Assembly: GCA_963703345.1 (NCBI GenBank)
Contig: OY969814.1
Coordinates: 1,216,001 to 1,280,000 of the forward strand
DNA length: 64,000 bases
Direction of reading: 5' to 3'
Source of the DNA: an uncultured Chloroflexia bacterium
Lineage (GTDB): Bacteria > Chloroflexota > Dehalococcoidia > DSTF01 > JALHUB01
Under the pieces are notes generated by a model, which made no database searches, was not told the DNA's origin, and saw nothing but the letters and a program-made list of their open reading frames with translations. Every line of letters begins with the position of its first letter. Within the stretch, counting starts at the first letter, position 1. The position numbers were made by a program, and so were the translations under genes. Shown here piece by piece: positions 55,894-64,000 of the stretch.

Positions 55894-58008
55894 CTAAGCG
55901 TCCTCCTTGACAGATCCCTCTTCGCCGCTGACCGGCTCCTCGACATCGCTTTGCCCTTCCGTCTCGGCGTCGGCCTCGTCTTCGGCTGCTTCGGCTGCGA
56001 CGTCTTCGAGCGCCGGCTCTTCGACAGCCTCCGGCGCCTCAGCCGCCACCGCCTCAACGCTCTCCTCGGTCTCTTCCGTAGCCGCCTGCTCCTCCGCCGG
56101 CGTCTCTTCCTCTTCGGAGGCCGCTATCTCTTCCTCTGCCTTCTCTTCCATCTCGGCCGCCTCTTCGACGATGGCGGTCTCTTCGGCTACCGGCGCCTCG
56201 ACCTCGGCCGCAGCTTCGACGGTCTCTTCGGCTACCGGCGCCTCGGCCTCGGTTTCAGCCTCGACGGCCTCTTCGGCTACCGGCGCCTCGGCCTCGGTTT
56301 CAGCCTCGACGGCCTCTTCGGCTACCGGCGCCTCGGCCTCAGCTTCCGCTTCCGCTTCGACGGTCTCTTCGGCTACCGGCGCCTCGGCCTCGGTTTCAGC
56401 CTCGACGGCCTCTTCGGCTACCGGCGCCTCGGCCTCGGTTTCAGCCTCGACGGCCTCTTCGGCTACCGGCGCCTCGGCCTCGGCTTCCGCTTCGACGGCC
56501 TCTTCGGCTACCGGCGCCTCGGCCTCGGCTTCCGCTTCGACGGTCTCTTCGGCTACCGGCGCCTCGGCCTCGGCTTCCGCTTCGACGGCCTCCTCAGCTA
56601 CCGGCGCCTCGACCTCGGCCGCAGCCTCGACGGTCTCTTCGGCTACCGGCGCCTCGGCCTCGGCTTCCGCTTCGACGGCCTCTTCGGCTACGGGCGCCTC
56701 GGCTTCGGCTTCCGCCTCGACGGTCTCTTCGGCTACCGGCGCCTCGACCTCGGCTTCAGCCTCGACGGCCTCTTCGGCTACTGGCGCCTCGACCTTGGCT
56801 TCAGCCTCGACGGCCTCCTCCTCTTCCGTCTCCGCGCCTTCAGCCGCCGTCTTTGCCGCGCCCTTCTGCGCCACGCCTCCCGGCAGCCCGGTCACCCGAC
56901 CGTCCTTGTCGAAGACGAAGCCCATCTCCTCGGCCTCGTCGCGCGCCTGCCGCAGGCTCAACCCGAGTCGCTGCCGGTCGCGCTCGATGCGGACGATCTT
57001 CAGCGGTACCTGGTCGCCCTCTTTGACGACCTCCCGCGGGTGAGCGATCCGCCGGTTTACCAGCTCCGATACGTGCACCAGCCCTTCGACCGGGCCCTCG
57101 ATTCGGGCGAACGCGCCGAAGGTGACGAGCTTCGTTATGGTGCCGGTGACGATCTGGCCGACGCTATACTTATCGACAATCTCCTCCCATCTTTCAGGCT
57201 GCGCCCGTCGGATGCTCAGAGCTATTTTCTTCGCCTCCTGGTCGACCTTCATGACGTACACGTCGACCTCCTGGCCGACGCGGTACAGCTCCTCCGGCGT
57301 CTTGTCCCGCTCCCAGGACAGCTCCGACAGATGCGCCAGGCCATCCGCTCCCCCAAGGTCCACGAAAACGCCGAAGCTGCGGATGCTGCTTATCCGGCCC
57401 TTCCGCACTTCGCCCTCTTGCAGCTCCTCCAGCAGGCGGTCCTTCTGGAGCGCCCGCCAGTCCTGCATCGCCGCTCGCTCAGAGAGGATGACGCGGTTGC
57501 GGGCACGGTTAATCTCTATGACCTTGACTAGCAGCGTTCGCCCGACGACCGCTTCGGCCGGCGCGTCGGTCTCCTCACCCTCCGCCGGCGACTGGGCGCT
57601 GACGGACTGCGAGAAGGGGATGAAGCCGTGCACGCCTTCGACGTTGACGAGCAGGCCGCCCTTGTTGTGGCCGCCCACCTGCACCTCGAAGCTCTCGCCT
57701 TCCTCGAAACGTTGCTGGAGGATGCGCCATCCCTTTTCGCCGCGCGCCCGGTCGAGCGAGAGGAGCACCTGACCCTCCGGCGTCTCCGGCTGCATGACGT
57801 AGACAAGGATGCGGTCTCCGCTGGTGGGCCATTCCTCCATGTTCGGCCCCAGGGAATGCATCTCGCTGGGGGGGACGATGCCCTCTGACTTCGTCCCGAC
57901 GTCCACCACCATTCCGTCGCGGTCGGAGCCCACTACTACTCCCTCAAGAATATCGCCGCGCCGAAGACTCTTGTACTCCAGGGACTCTGCTTCTAACAGG
58001 GTTGCCAT
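55894..58008 (-). CDS. rpsA: Ribosomal protein S1-like (four S1 domains) with long acidic tail
   Basis: KSEG, NKGGL, FGVFVDLGGADGLAHLSELSW, FGAFARI..EGLVHVSEL; start taken at MATLLE. Confidence 0.88.
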   Translation of the reverse strand: MATLLEAESLEYKSLRRGDILEGVVVGSDRDGMVVDVGTKSEGIVPPSEMHSLGPNMEEWPTSGDRILVYVMQPETPEGQVLLSLDRARGEKGWRILQQRFEEGESFEVQVGGHNKGGLLVNVEGVHGFIPFSQSVSAQSPAEGEETDAPAEAVVGRTLLVKVIEINRARNRVILSERAAMQDWRALQKDRLLEELQEGEVRKGRISSIRSFGVFVDLGGADGLAHLSELSWERDKTPEELYRVGQEVDVYVMKVDQEAKKIALSIRRAQPERWEEIVDKYSVGQIVTGTITKLVTFGAFARIEGPVEGLVHVSELVNRRIAHPREVVKEGDQVPLKIVRIERDRQRLGLSLRQARDEAEEMGFVFDKDGRVTGLPGGVAQKGAAKTAAEGAETEEEEAVEAEAKVEAPVAEEAVEAEAEVEAPVAEETVEAEAEAEAPVAEEAVEAEAEAEAPVAEETVEAAAEVEAPVAEEAVEAEAEAEAPVAEETVEAEAEAEAPVAEEAVEAEAEAEAPVAEEAVEAETEAEAPVAEEAVEAETEAEAPVAEETVEAEAEAEAEAPVAEEAVEAETEAEAPVAEEAVEAETEAEAPVAEETVEAAAEVEAPVAEETAIVEEAAEMEEKAEEEIAASEEEETPAEEQAATEETEESVEAVAAEAPEAVEEPALEDVAAEAAEDEADAETEGQSDVEEPVSGEEGSVKEDA
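56175..56820 (-). repeat. 45-bp tandem repeat (about 14 copies) encoding EAEAEAEAPVAEE(A/T)V
   Basis: Directly visible in DNA and translation. Confidence 0.93.
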
Positions 58009-58203
58009 GTCCTGGTAACCCTCACTTGTGGGGCCTGTAGGATCAGGCGACGGATCGTTAGACAAGTCGCTCGGGCCTCCTAATTCAGCGGCAAGGCAAC
58101 ACGACGATCCGCATTCATCGCAGAATGAAGGACCTCGCGGAGCCCCGCCTGTTTGGCCCATTGTAGCACAGGGGATTACATACGGAAAGGCGACGATGAC
58201 CTG

Positions 58204-58863
58204 CTATCCCTCGCGGCGCTCCGGCGGCCAGCCTTGCGTCTCGGCCAGACCGCGCGCTTCCAGGTGACAGGTGTCGTTCATATGGACGACGATCATCCGC
58301 CCGCCGCGCACGTCGAGCAGGCTCGTCGCGGCCAGGTCGTGACGCAGGCGACGGAAATCGCAGATCGACATGTTGAGGGCTTCGCAAAGCAGGGCATGGA
58401 TGACGAAGTTGTGTGTGACCGCGACGACCGTTTCGCCGTCGTGGCGGTCGCAGATCCGCCGCGTCGCCTCTCGGGCCCGGTCCTGCACGTCCTGAAGGCT
58501 TTCGCCGCCGCCCGGCATGCGCAGGGTTCCCGCCTCGTCGCCCAGCCAACGGGACACGAACTCCGGGTTGCGTTCCCGCATCTCGCGGAACGTCAGGCCA
58601 TCCAGCTCGCCGACGTCCATTTCCGTCAGACCCTCATCGGGGACGACTTCGAGGCCGTGGGGCGCCGCAATTGCCGCAGCCGTCTCGAAGGCGCGACGCA
58701 ACGGGCTGGAGTAGACGGCCGCGATCTCCTCGCCGGCCAGGGCCTCGGCCAGGGCCTGCGCCTGCAGCCGCCCCTTTTCCGTGAGCGGCACGTCCTGCCG
58801 TCCCAGGCCGAGCCCCGCGCGATTGCTTGCCGTCTCGCCGTGTCTGGCTAGAATCAGACGCAT
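58204..58863 (-). CDS. Histidine phosphatase family (CobC/GpmB-like)
   Basis: RHGET, SSPLRRA.ETA, E...G, VTH, NDTCHL. Confidence 0.92.
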   Translation of the reverse strand: MRLILARHGETASNRAGLGLGRQDVPLTEKGRLQAQALAEALAGEEIAAVYSSPLRRAFETAAAIAAPHGLEVVPDEGLTEMDVGELDGLTFREMRERNPEFVSRWLGDEAGTLRMPGGGESLQDVQDRAREATRRICDRHDGETVVAVTHNFVIHALLCEALNMSICDFRRLRHDLAATSLLDVRGGRMIVVHMNDTCHLEARGLAETQGWPPERREG

Positions 58864-59402
58864 TGTCGCTCAACCAGAAAGAATTCCGCCCGAGGAGGAG
58901 AGTCGCGGAACAGGGCCACATAGATTGCGAGAAAGCGAGAGCCCTTCGGCAGGCAGAGGTTCGCGACTATTCGATCGGCGTCCCCCGCCGTGTTTGCTAT
59001 GGCCCGCACCAAGTCCACGACGAGATAGGTGGGCACCCCATACCGCTTCCTGCAGTGTGCTTCGATCGTCTGTTGGGCGTTGCGAACGAGCGCCGCTGTC
59101 GGGTTAACTAGAACCGGTGCCAACCCCAGCCTTTCTCCGATATCTTCACCGGGCCGAACGTAGCGGGCAGATAGTTCGGGCTTCCCGCGGAGGGGTGTCC
59201 AAGTATTGCGGGCTTCGTCGGCTGAGTAATCGGCGCTCGTCACCTCGATTCCGATGTGGTGGCCTCTCGAATCGTGGCAAGTCGCGTCAGGCGCTTCACT
59301 CGCTTTGGGGATTCCGTAGTCCGTGCCGTATCGCTCGTTCAAGAAGCGAACGAACTCACCGGCCAACGCCAACTCAAGTTCCTTCGCGACAGCATCAGCC
59401 AT
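58854..59402 (-). CDS. Hypothetical protein, possible PD-(D/E)XK-like fold
   Basis: Fills the gap between operon genes; EAPDA...IGIEVT. Confidence 0.6.
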   Translation of the reverse strand: MADAVAKELELALAGEFVRFLNERYGTDYGIPKASEAPDATCHDSRGHHIGIEVTSADYSADEARNTWTPLRGKPELSARYVRPGEDIGERLGLAPVLVNPTAALVRNAQQTIEAHCRKRYGVPTYLVVDLVRAIANTAGDADRIVANLCLPKGSRFLAIYVALFRDSPPRAEFFLVERQCV

Positions 59403-59406
59403 TTCG

Positions 59407-60099
59407 CTAGACGAACCTTCCGTGACGCCGCCAGGCCTCGTGCGCCGGCGAGGTCTCCGCCAGCACCAGCTTGCGCCGATGCAGCCGCGTCGGCTCCGGC
59501 AGCCCCATCGCCGCTATCACCTGCTCCGGCCGGCCCGCTCCGCCGCTGTCGGCGCGCAGCCGCATGGCGACGATCGCCGCTCCGTTGTTTCGCTGCTCGA
59601 GCCACATCTCCTGCACCAGCGCCCGAACGTCGTAGCGCCGGACCTCCTTATCGCGGAGTTGCTCCCACGGCAGGCTCTCCGCCGCCAGGAAGCGCTCGAC
59701 GGCCTGGCGCGCGCCCTCCTCCGCCAGCGACGCCGGCAGCGACGCCTCGTACTCGGCGGCCCGCAGCTCGGATTGCAGAGACGGCCCGCGCAGCCCGACC
59801 TCCTGCACGTCCAGCAGCTCGATTCCCGCCGGCAACTGGCGACCGACCTCTCGCAGGAACTCCAGCGGCGTCAGGCGCGTTGCCAGGAACACGTCGATAA
59901 GCTCGCCAGCGCTCGTCACGCCGACGGCCAGCGGCGCCGCCAGCGATAGCTGCGCATGGGGGGTAAACCCCTCGGAGTAGGCGACTTCGACCTTCGCCCG
60001 CCTGAGCGCCCGCTCCCAGAGGCGCATCAAATCAAGATGGGTGATGAACTTCACCTCATCGCCTCGGGAAAAGCGGACGCGAAGACGTTGTATCTTCAT
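59407..60099 (-). CDS. Radical SAM-linked protein (DUF2344/TIGR03936)
   Basis: KFITHLDLMRLWERALRRA..AYSEGFTPH..LS.AAPLAVG. Confidence 0.9.
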   Translation of the reverse strand: MKIQRLRVRFSRGDEVKFITHLDLMRLWERALRRAKVEVAYSEGFTPHAQLSLAAPLAVGVTSAGELIDVFLATRLTPLEFLREVGRQLPAGIELLDVQEVGLRGPSLQSELRAAEYEASLPASLAEEGARQAVERFLAAESLPWEQLRDKEVRRYDVRALVQEMWLEQRNNGAAIVAMRLRADSGGAGRPEQVIAAMGLPEPTRLHRRKLVLAETSPAHEAWRRHGRFV

Positions 60100-60101
60100 C
60101 G

Positions 60102-61448
60102 CTACTTCTTCGTCACCAGGACGCGCTCGATCTTCCTGCCCTGCATCTCCGCGACGACCATTCGAAAGCCGTCCTCCTCCACCTGCTCGCCTTCCTTTGG
60201 AATGTGCCCCAGCCGGTCGAGGACGAAGCCGGCCACGGTCTCGTAACGGCCCTCCGGAATCTGGAGGCCCAGCTCCTCGTTGGCGTCCCAGACGCTCATG
60301 CCGCCGTCCACCGACGCCGTGTGCTCGTCGATAGGCTGGAACTCCTTCGCCGTGCCCGCTTCCTCTTCCGCCACAGGGCCCACCATCTCCTCCAGTAGCA
60401 GCTCGATGGTCACGATTCCCGCCGTGCCGCCGTACTCGTCGACGACGATCGCCATGTGCTGGTTCTGCGTCTGCATCTCGCGGAAGAGCGCGCCGACCGG
60501 TTTCGTCTCCGGCACGAAGTACGTCGGTCGCATGCAGCTTTCGATGGAGCTGTCGCGCTCCAGCTCGCCGCGGGCAACGCTGCGGAGGACGTCCTTTATC
60601 GCGACGACGCCGATCACGTTGTCGACGCTCTCCCGATAGACAGGATAGCGCGAATGTCCGGTCTCCTCGAAGACGCGGTAGAAATCGCCGACCGTCGATT
60701 CCGTCTCCAGCCAGATGACTTCTGTTCGCGGTACCATTATCTCCTGCACCTGGCGGTCGCGGAACTGGAAGACGTTCTCCAGCAGCTCGCCCGTCTGCTC
60801 GCCGAGCACGCGCTCCACCGTGCCGATGTCGATAAGCATGCGCAACTCTGCCTCTGTGACCGTAGGCGTCGGTCCCGGCGCCGACCCGAAAAGCAGGCGC
60901 TGGAAGCCGCGCGGGATCGCGGCAAGGACCATCATGAGCGGATTGACGACGCGCACCAGCGTTTCCACCGGCCGCGCGACCAACAGCGCGTAGCCCTCGC
61001 CAGACTGCGCGGCAAGGACCTTCGGTGTGAACTCGCCGAGGAGCGCCAGCAGCAGGGTTGTGATTAGCGTGCCGAAGATCAGGCCCAGATTGCCAATTGC
61101 CTCGACGGAGAGAACGCTGGCCATGGCCGCAGCCATCACCACGAACAGGTTCTGAAGCAGCACGACGCCGGCGAAGAAGCGGTCGCGGTTGGCGCGAATC
61201 CGCTCGATGGCCTGCGCCCGGCGGTCGCCCGATTCCGCGAGGTGACGCACGCGAATGCGGTCGGCGGCGACGATCGCTATCTCGATGCTGTTTACGAGCG
61301 CGTACAGAACGACGCTAACGACAAGGATGACGACAATGAGGGGAGTGCTGAGGCCGCTTGCCCCAAGCCCATCCTGCGCGGCAAGAGGTGAAACCATATA
61401 GATCAACTCGGTGCCTCTTCGCACAAGCGGAGAACCGGCACCGGGCAT
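60102..61448 (-). CDS. HlyC/CorC family (DUF21-CBS-CorC) protein
   Basis: GEFTPK, IMVPRT, HSRYPVY, VVDEYGGTAG and TVAGFV motifs; start uncertain. Confidence 0.92.
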   Translation of the reverse strand: MPGAGSPLVRRGTELIYMVSPLAAQDGLGASGLSTPLIVVILVVSVVLYALVNSIEIAIVAADRIRVRHLAESGDRRAQAIERIRANRDRFFAGVVLLQNLFVVMAAAMASVLSVEAIGNLGLIFGTLITTLLLALLGEFTPKVLAAQSGEGYALLVARPVETLVRVVNPLMMVLAAIPRGFQRLLFGSAPGPTPTVTEAELRMLIDIGTVERVLGEQTGELLENVFQFRDRQVQEIMVPRTEVIWLETESTVGDFYRVFEETGHSRYPVYRESVDNVIGVVAIKDVLRSVARGELERDSSIESCMRPTYFVPETKPVGALFREMQTQNQHMAIVVDEYGGTAGIVTIELLLEEMVGPVAEEEAGTAKEFQPIDEHTASVDGGMSVWDANEELGLQIPEGRYETVAGFVLDRLGHIPKEGEQVEEDGFRMVVAEMQGRKIERVLVTKK

Positions 61449-61643
61449 TCAAATCATAGCAATTGCCGTCCCGCCTGTCAAAAACGGAAGCGCAAGCACG
61501 TTGGGCATGCAGAAAACGGCTGGAAACCAGGTCTAGCGCTTTCCCCATCAGCGGGCCCGTGCTGCTACGCCTCAGGAAGGTCTCCGGGAATTGGTTCGCA
61601 ATGCCTCAAAAGGCTATAATAGACATAGCAAAAAGGAGGAGAC

Positions 61644-63173
61644 ATGAGAACCAAAGAAGAGTACATCAGGGGACTGGGCAAGATGCGGCGGAACATCTAC
61701 TACAACGGTGAACTCATCGACCGCACCGACGAGCGGCAGATGGCCTGCCTCGACACCATCGGGACTACCTTCGATGAAGCGGCCAGGCCCGAGAACGAGG
61801 ACTTGTGCACGGCCATCTCCCATCTCACGGGACAGCGGATCAACCGCTTCACTCACATTCACCAGAACACCGACGACCTGCACAAGAAGCAGGATATGAC
61901 TCGCATGCTCTGCCAAAAGGTCGGCGGCTGCATCCAGCGCTGCATGGGCATCGACGCCACAAACGCGATCTACAACGTCTCCTACGAAGCCGACAAATCG
62001 AACAACGGCGCCACCCAGTACCACGAGAACTTCAAGAACTGGCTCGCCCGCTTCCAGACGGAGGACCTCGTCGGCTGTTGCGCGCAAACCGACGTGAAGG
62101 GCGACCGCTTGCTGCGGCCGGCCGAGCAGCCCGACCCCGACGCGTACGTCCACATCAAGGAGCGCCGGCCGGATGGCATCGTCGTCAGTGGCTGCAAGGT
62201 CCACATCTCCGAAGCCTCGGTTGCCGACGAGATATTGGTGGTCCCTACCAGGGCCCTGCGTGAAGAGGACAAGGACTACGCCGTCGCCTTCGCCGTCCCG
62301 GGTGACTGGGAAGGCGTGAAGCAGGTGGTCACGATCCACAACCTCCGAGAGAGAGAGTTCTACCCGCGCGGATTCATGCCGGGCTCCACCGACTCGTACG
62401 TGATCTTCGACAATTGCTTCGTGCCCTGGGAACGCGTCTTCCTCGCCGGCGAATGGCAGCATGGGGGAGTCCTGGCGCTCCTCTTCGCGTTGTTCCACCG
62501 CCACTCCTATTCGGGCTGCAAGCCGGCGATTGGCGATGTGATTCTCGGCGGGGCGGCTCTCGCTGCTGAAATGAACAACATCCAGAAAGCGCCGCACGTA
62601 CGGGAGAAGCTTGCGGAGATCATCATGACCACGGAGCTAGGGTACGCCGCCGGCTACACGGCCTCGGACCTCGGCAAGCCGGAGGTCTACATCCCCGGCG
62701 TCGGCTTCATGCCTTACGGACCCGGCTCCTACATCCCCAACTCGATCTACTGCAACGTCGGTCGTTGTCTCACCGGTGAGGCGGTTTATCGGGAAGCAGA
62801 GATCCTCTGCGACATCTCCGGCGGCGTCACGGCGACTTTCCCGTACGAGAGGGACTTCGCAAATCCGGAGATCGGCGGCCTCCTGCGCAAGTACACGAAG
62901 CGCAGCCCTAAGGCCGACGTCGAGGACCAGGCGCAGTTCTGGCGCTTCCTGGGCGATGGGCTTTGCTCCGCAGCGGGCGGAATCCACAACATCGGCTCCT
63001 ACCACGGTGGCGGCTCGCCGATCATGGAGCAGATCGCCATCACCACGCAGTACGACATCGAGGCACGGAAGAAGCTGGTGAGGTTCATCGCTGGAATGGG
63101 CGGCGGGGACCGTGAAGCGCTGGCCAAGAAGACCACCCGGCACCGCGCTAAGGAGGCTGTGTCCGTCAAATAG
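61644..63173 (+). CDS. 4-hydroxybutyryl-CoA dehydratase / HpaB-superfamily flavoprotein
   Basis: CIQRCMG.D, TDVKGDR, HRHSYSGCK (candidate Fe-S ligands), HGGGSP. Confidence 0.85.
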   Translation: MRTKEEYIRGLGKMRRNIYYNGELIDRTDERQMACLDTIGTTFDEAARPENEDLCTAISHLTGQRINRFTHIHQNTDDLHKKQDMTRMLCQKVGGCIQRCMGIDATNAIYNVSYEADKSNNGATQYHENFKNWLARFQTEDLVGCCAQTDVKGDRLLRPAEQPDPDAYVHIKERRPDGIVVSGCKVHISEASVADEILVVPTRALREEDKDYAVAFAVPGDWEGVKQVVTIHNLREREFYPRGFMPGSTDSYVIFDNCFVPWERVFLAGEWQHGGVLALLFALFHRHSYSGCKPAIGDVILGGAALAAEMNNIQKAPHVREKLAEIIMTTELGYAAGYTASDLGKPEVYIPGVGFMPYGPGSYIPNSIYCNVGRCLTGEAVYREAEILCDISGGVTATFPYERDFANPEIGGLLRKYTKRSPKADVEDQAQFWRFLGDGLCSAAGGIHNIGSYHGGGSPIMEQIAITTQYDIEARKKLVRFIAGMGGGDREALAKKTTRHRAKEAVSVK

Positions 63174-63218
63174 TAGTTACGGAGAGACGAGATAGCCGAC
63201 CGCGCCAAGAACGAGGCC

Positions 63219-63461
63219 ATGGGCCGATTTCATAGCCGGCCGGGCGTGGCATTGGGAGCGCCGATGGCCGGACTTGATCCCTTAGTTGAGGAAGTGCTGG
63301 TCGCGGCTCTAGCGGTGAGCGCTCTAATAGCGTTGATCGCTGTGCTCTACTGGCTGTCTACGGGCCTCTCCCCGTGGCCTTTCGTCATCCTGGCGGCTAT
63401 AGCCGGCTTCGCGCCGGGCATCGCAATCCTCTCGATTTCCTCACCGCGACATCGCGGGTGA
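63219..63461 (+). CDS. Small two-TM hypothetical protein
   Basis: Two hydrophobic segments; start uncertain. Confidence 0.5.
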   Translation: MGRFHSRPGVALGAPMAGLDPLVEEVLVAALAVSALIALIAVLYWLSTGLSPWPFVILAAIAGFAPGIAILSISSPRHRG

Positions 63462-63542
63462 CGGCTGCTCCGAATAATGCCCTCGGGCTGAAGTTCGCGC
63501 CGTCTCCACCGAGCTGAGGGCGGAGTTGAGGGGTCAGCAGAG

Positions 63543-64000
63543 CTAGGGGATCAGCAGGACGCGCCCGAAGGCCTTCCGGCTCTCGATGTAGGCGTGCGCT
63601 GCCGCCGCCTCCGACAATGGATACGTACGGTCGATGACAACCCGAAGGGTGCCGGCGGCTACGTCCTCCAGGTGCCGTGCGACAATCCCCCTGGCATGCT
63701 CCGCGTTCAGCGCCATCTCAAGGCCGAACACCATGCCGGTCAACGAGCGGTTGCCCTGGGATAGGAAGGCCAGGTCGGGAGGTTCGTTGCTGCGGGCGGT
63801 CCGCCCTATGCTGATCGCGCGCCCTCTGTAGGCCAGGCTCTTGATGCTTCCCTCCAGCGTCTTGCCTCCCACCGAATCGACAACCAGGTCTACCCCCTTA
63901 CCGTCCGTGAGTTTCAGGCAGACTTCCACGAAGTCACTGGTCACGTAGTTGATCCCATGGTCCAACCCGAACTCTCTCAGCCGCTCCAGCTTCTCGTCGG
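63543..64000 (-). CDS. Quinone oxidoreductase/MDR family, 5' end outside the window
   Basis: GKGVDLVVDSVGG...YPLSEAAAAHAYIESRKAFGRVLL. Confidence 0.88.
   Translation of the reverse strand, partial: DEKLERLREFGLDHGINYVTSDFVEVCLKLTDGKGVDLVVDSVGGKTLEGSIKSLAYRGRAISIGRTARSNEPPDLAFLSQGNRSLTGMVFGLEMALNAEHARGIVARHLEDVAAGTLRVVIDRTYPLSEAAAAHAYIESRKAFGRVLLIP

Noticed and set aside
55907-57531. Long plus-strand ORFs (SA-rich; FGYRRLGL repeats)
   Set aside because: Antisense shadows of rpsA and its 45-bp repeat.

Overview
GC-rich bacterial chromosome segment. Gene content and rRNA sequence suggest Chloroflexota, probably Dehalococcoidia-like; this is an inference, not a database result. Left to right: a GT39-like membrane protein; LivH/LivM permeases followed by five tandem ABC substrate-binding lipoprotein paralogues (seven in the window); an MFS pump; a secreted Pro/Thr-linker protein; and a zone of decayed gene fragments. 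Next is an ~11.5 kb acyl-CoA/redox island bounded by 16-bp copies of the tRNA-Asp 3' end. The most striking feature is an integrase-free tandem array of five 0.8-2.6 kb gene cassettes downstream of tRNA-Val(TAC) (36833-43685). Each cassette is closed by the same ~120-150 bp repeat, made of the tRNA 3' half starting exactly at the anticodon loop plus a conserved ~75-100 bp arm. A complete minus-strand rRNA operon follows (16S-Ile-Ala-23S-fMet-5S), then core genes (tilS, FtsB/DivIC-like, frameshifted clpC, rpsA with a long acidic repeat tail) with an inserted GmrSD-like gene. All coordinates outside the ORF track were read by eye.
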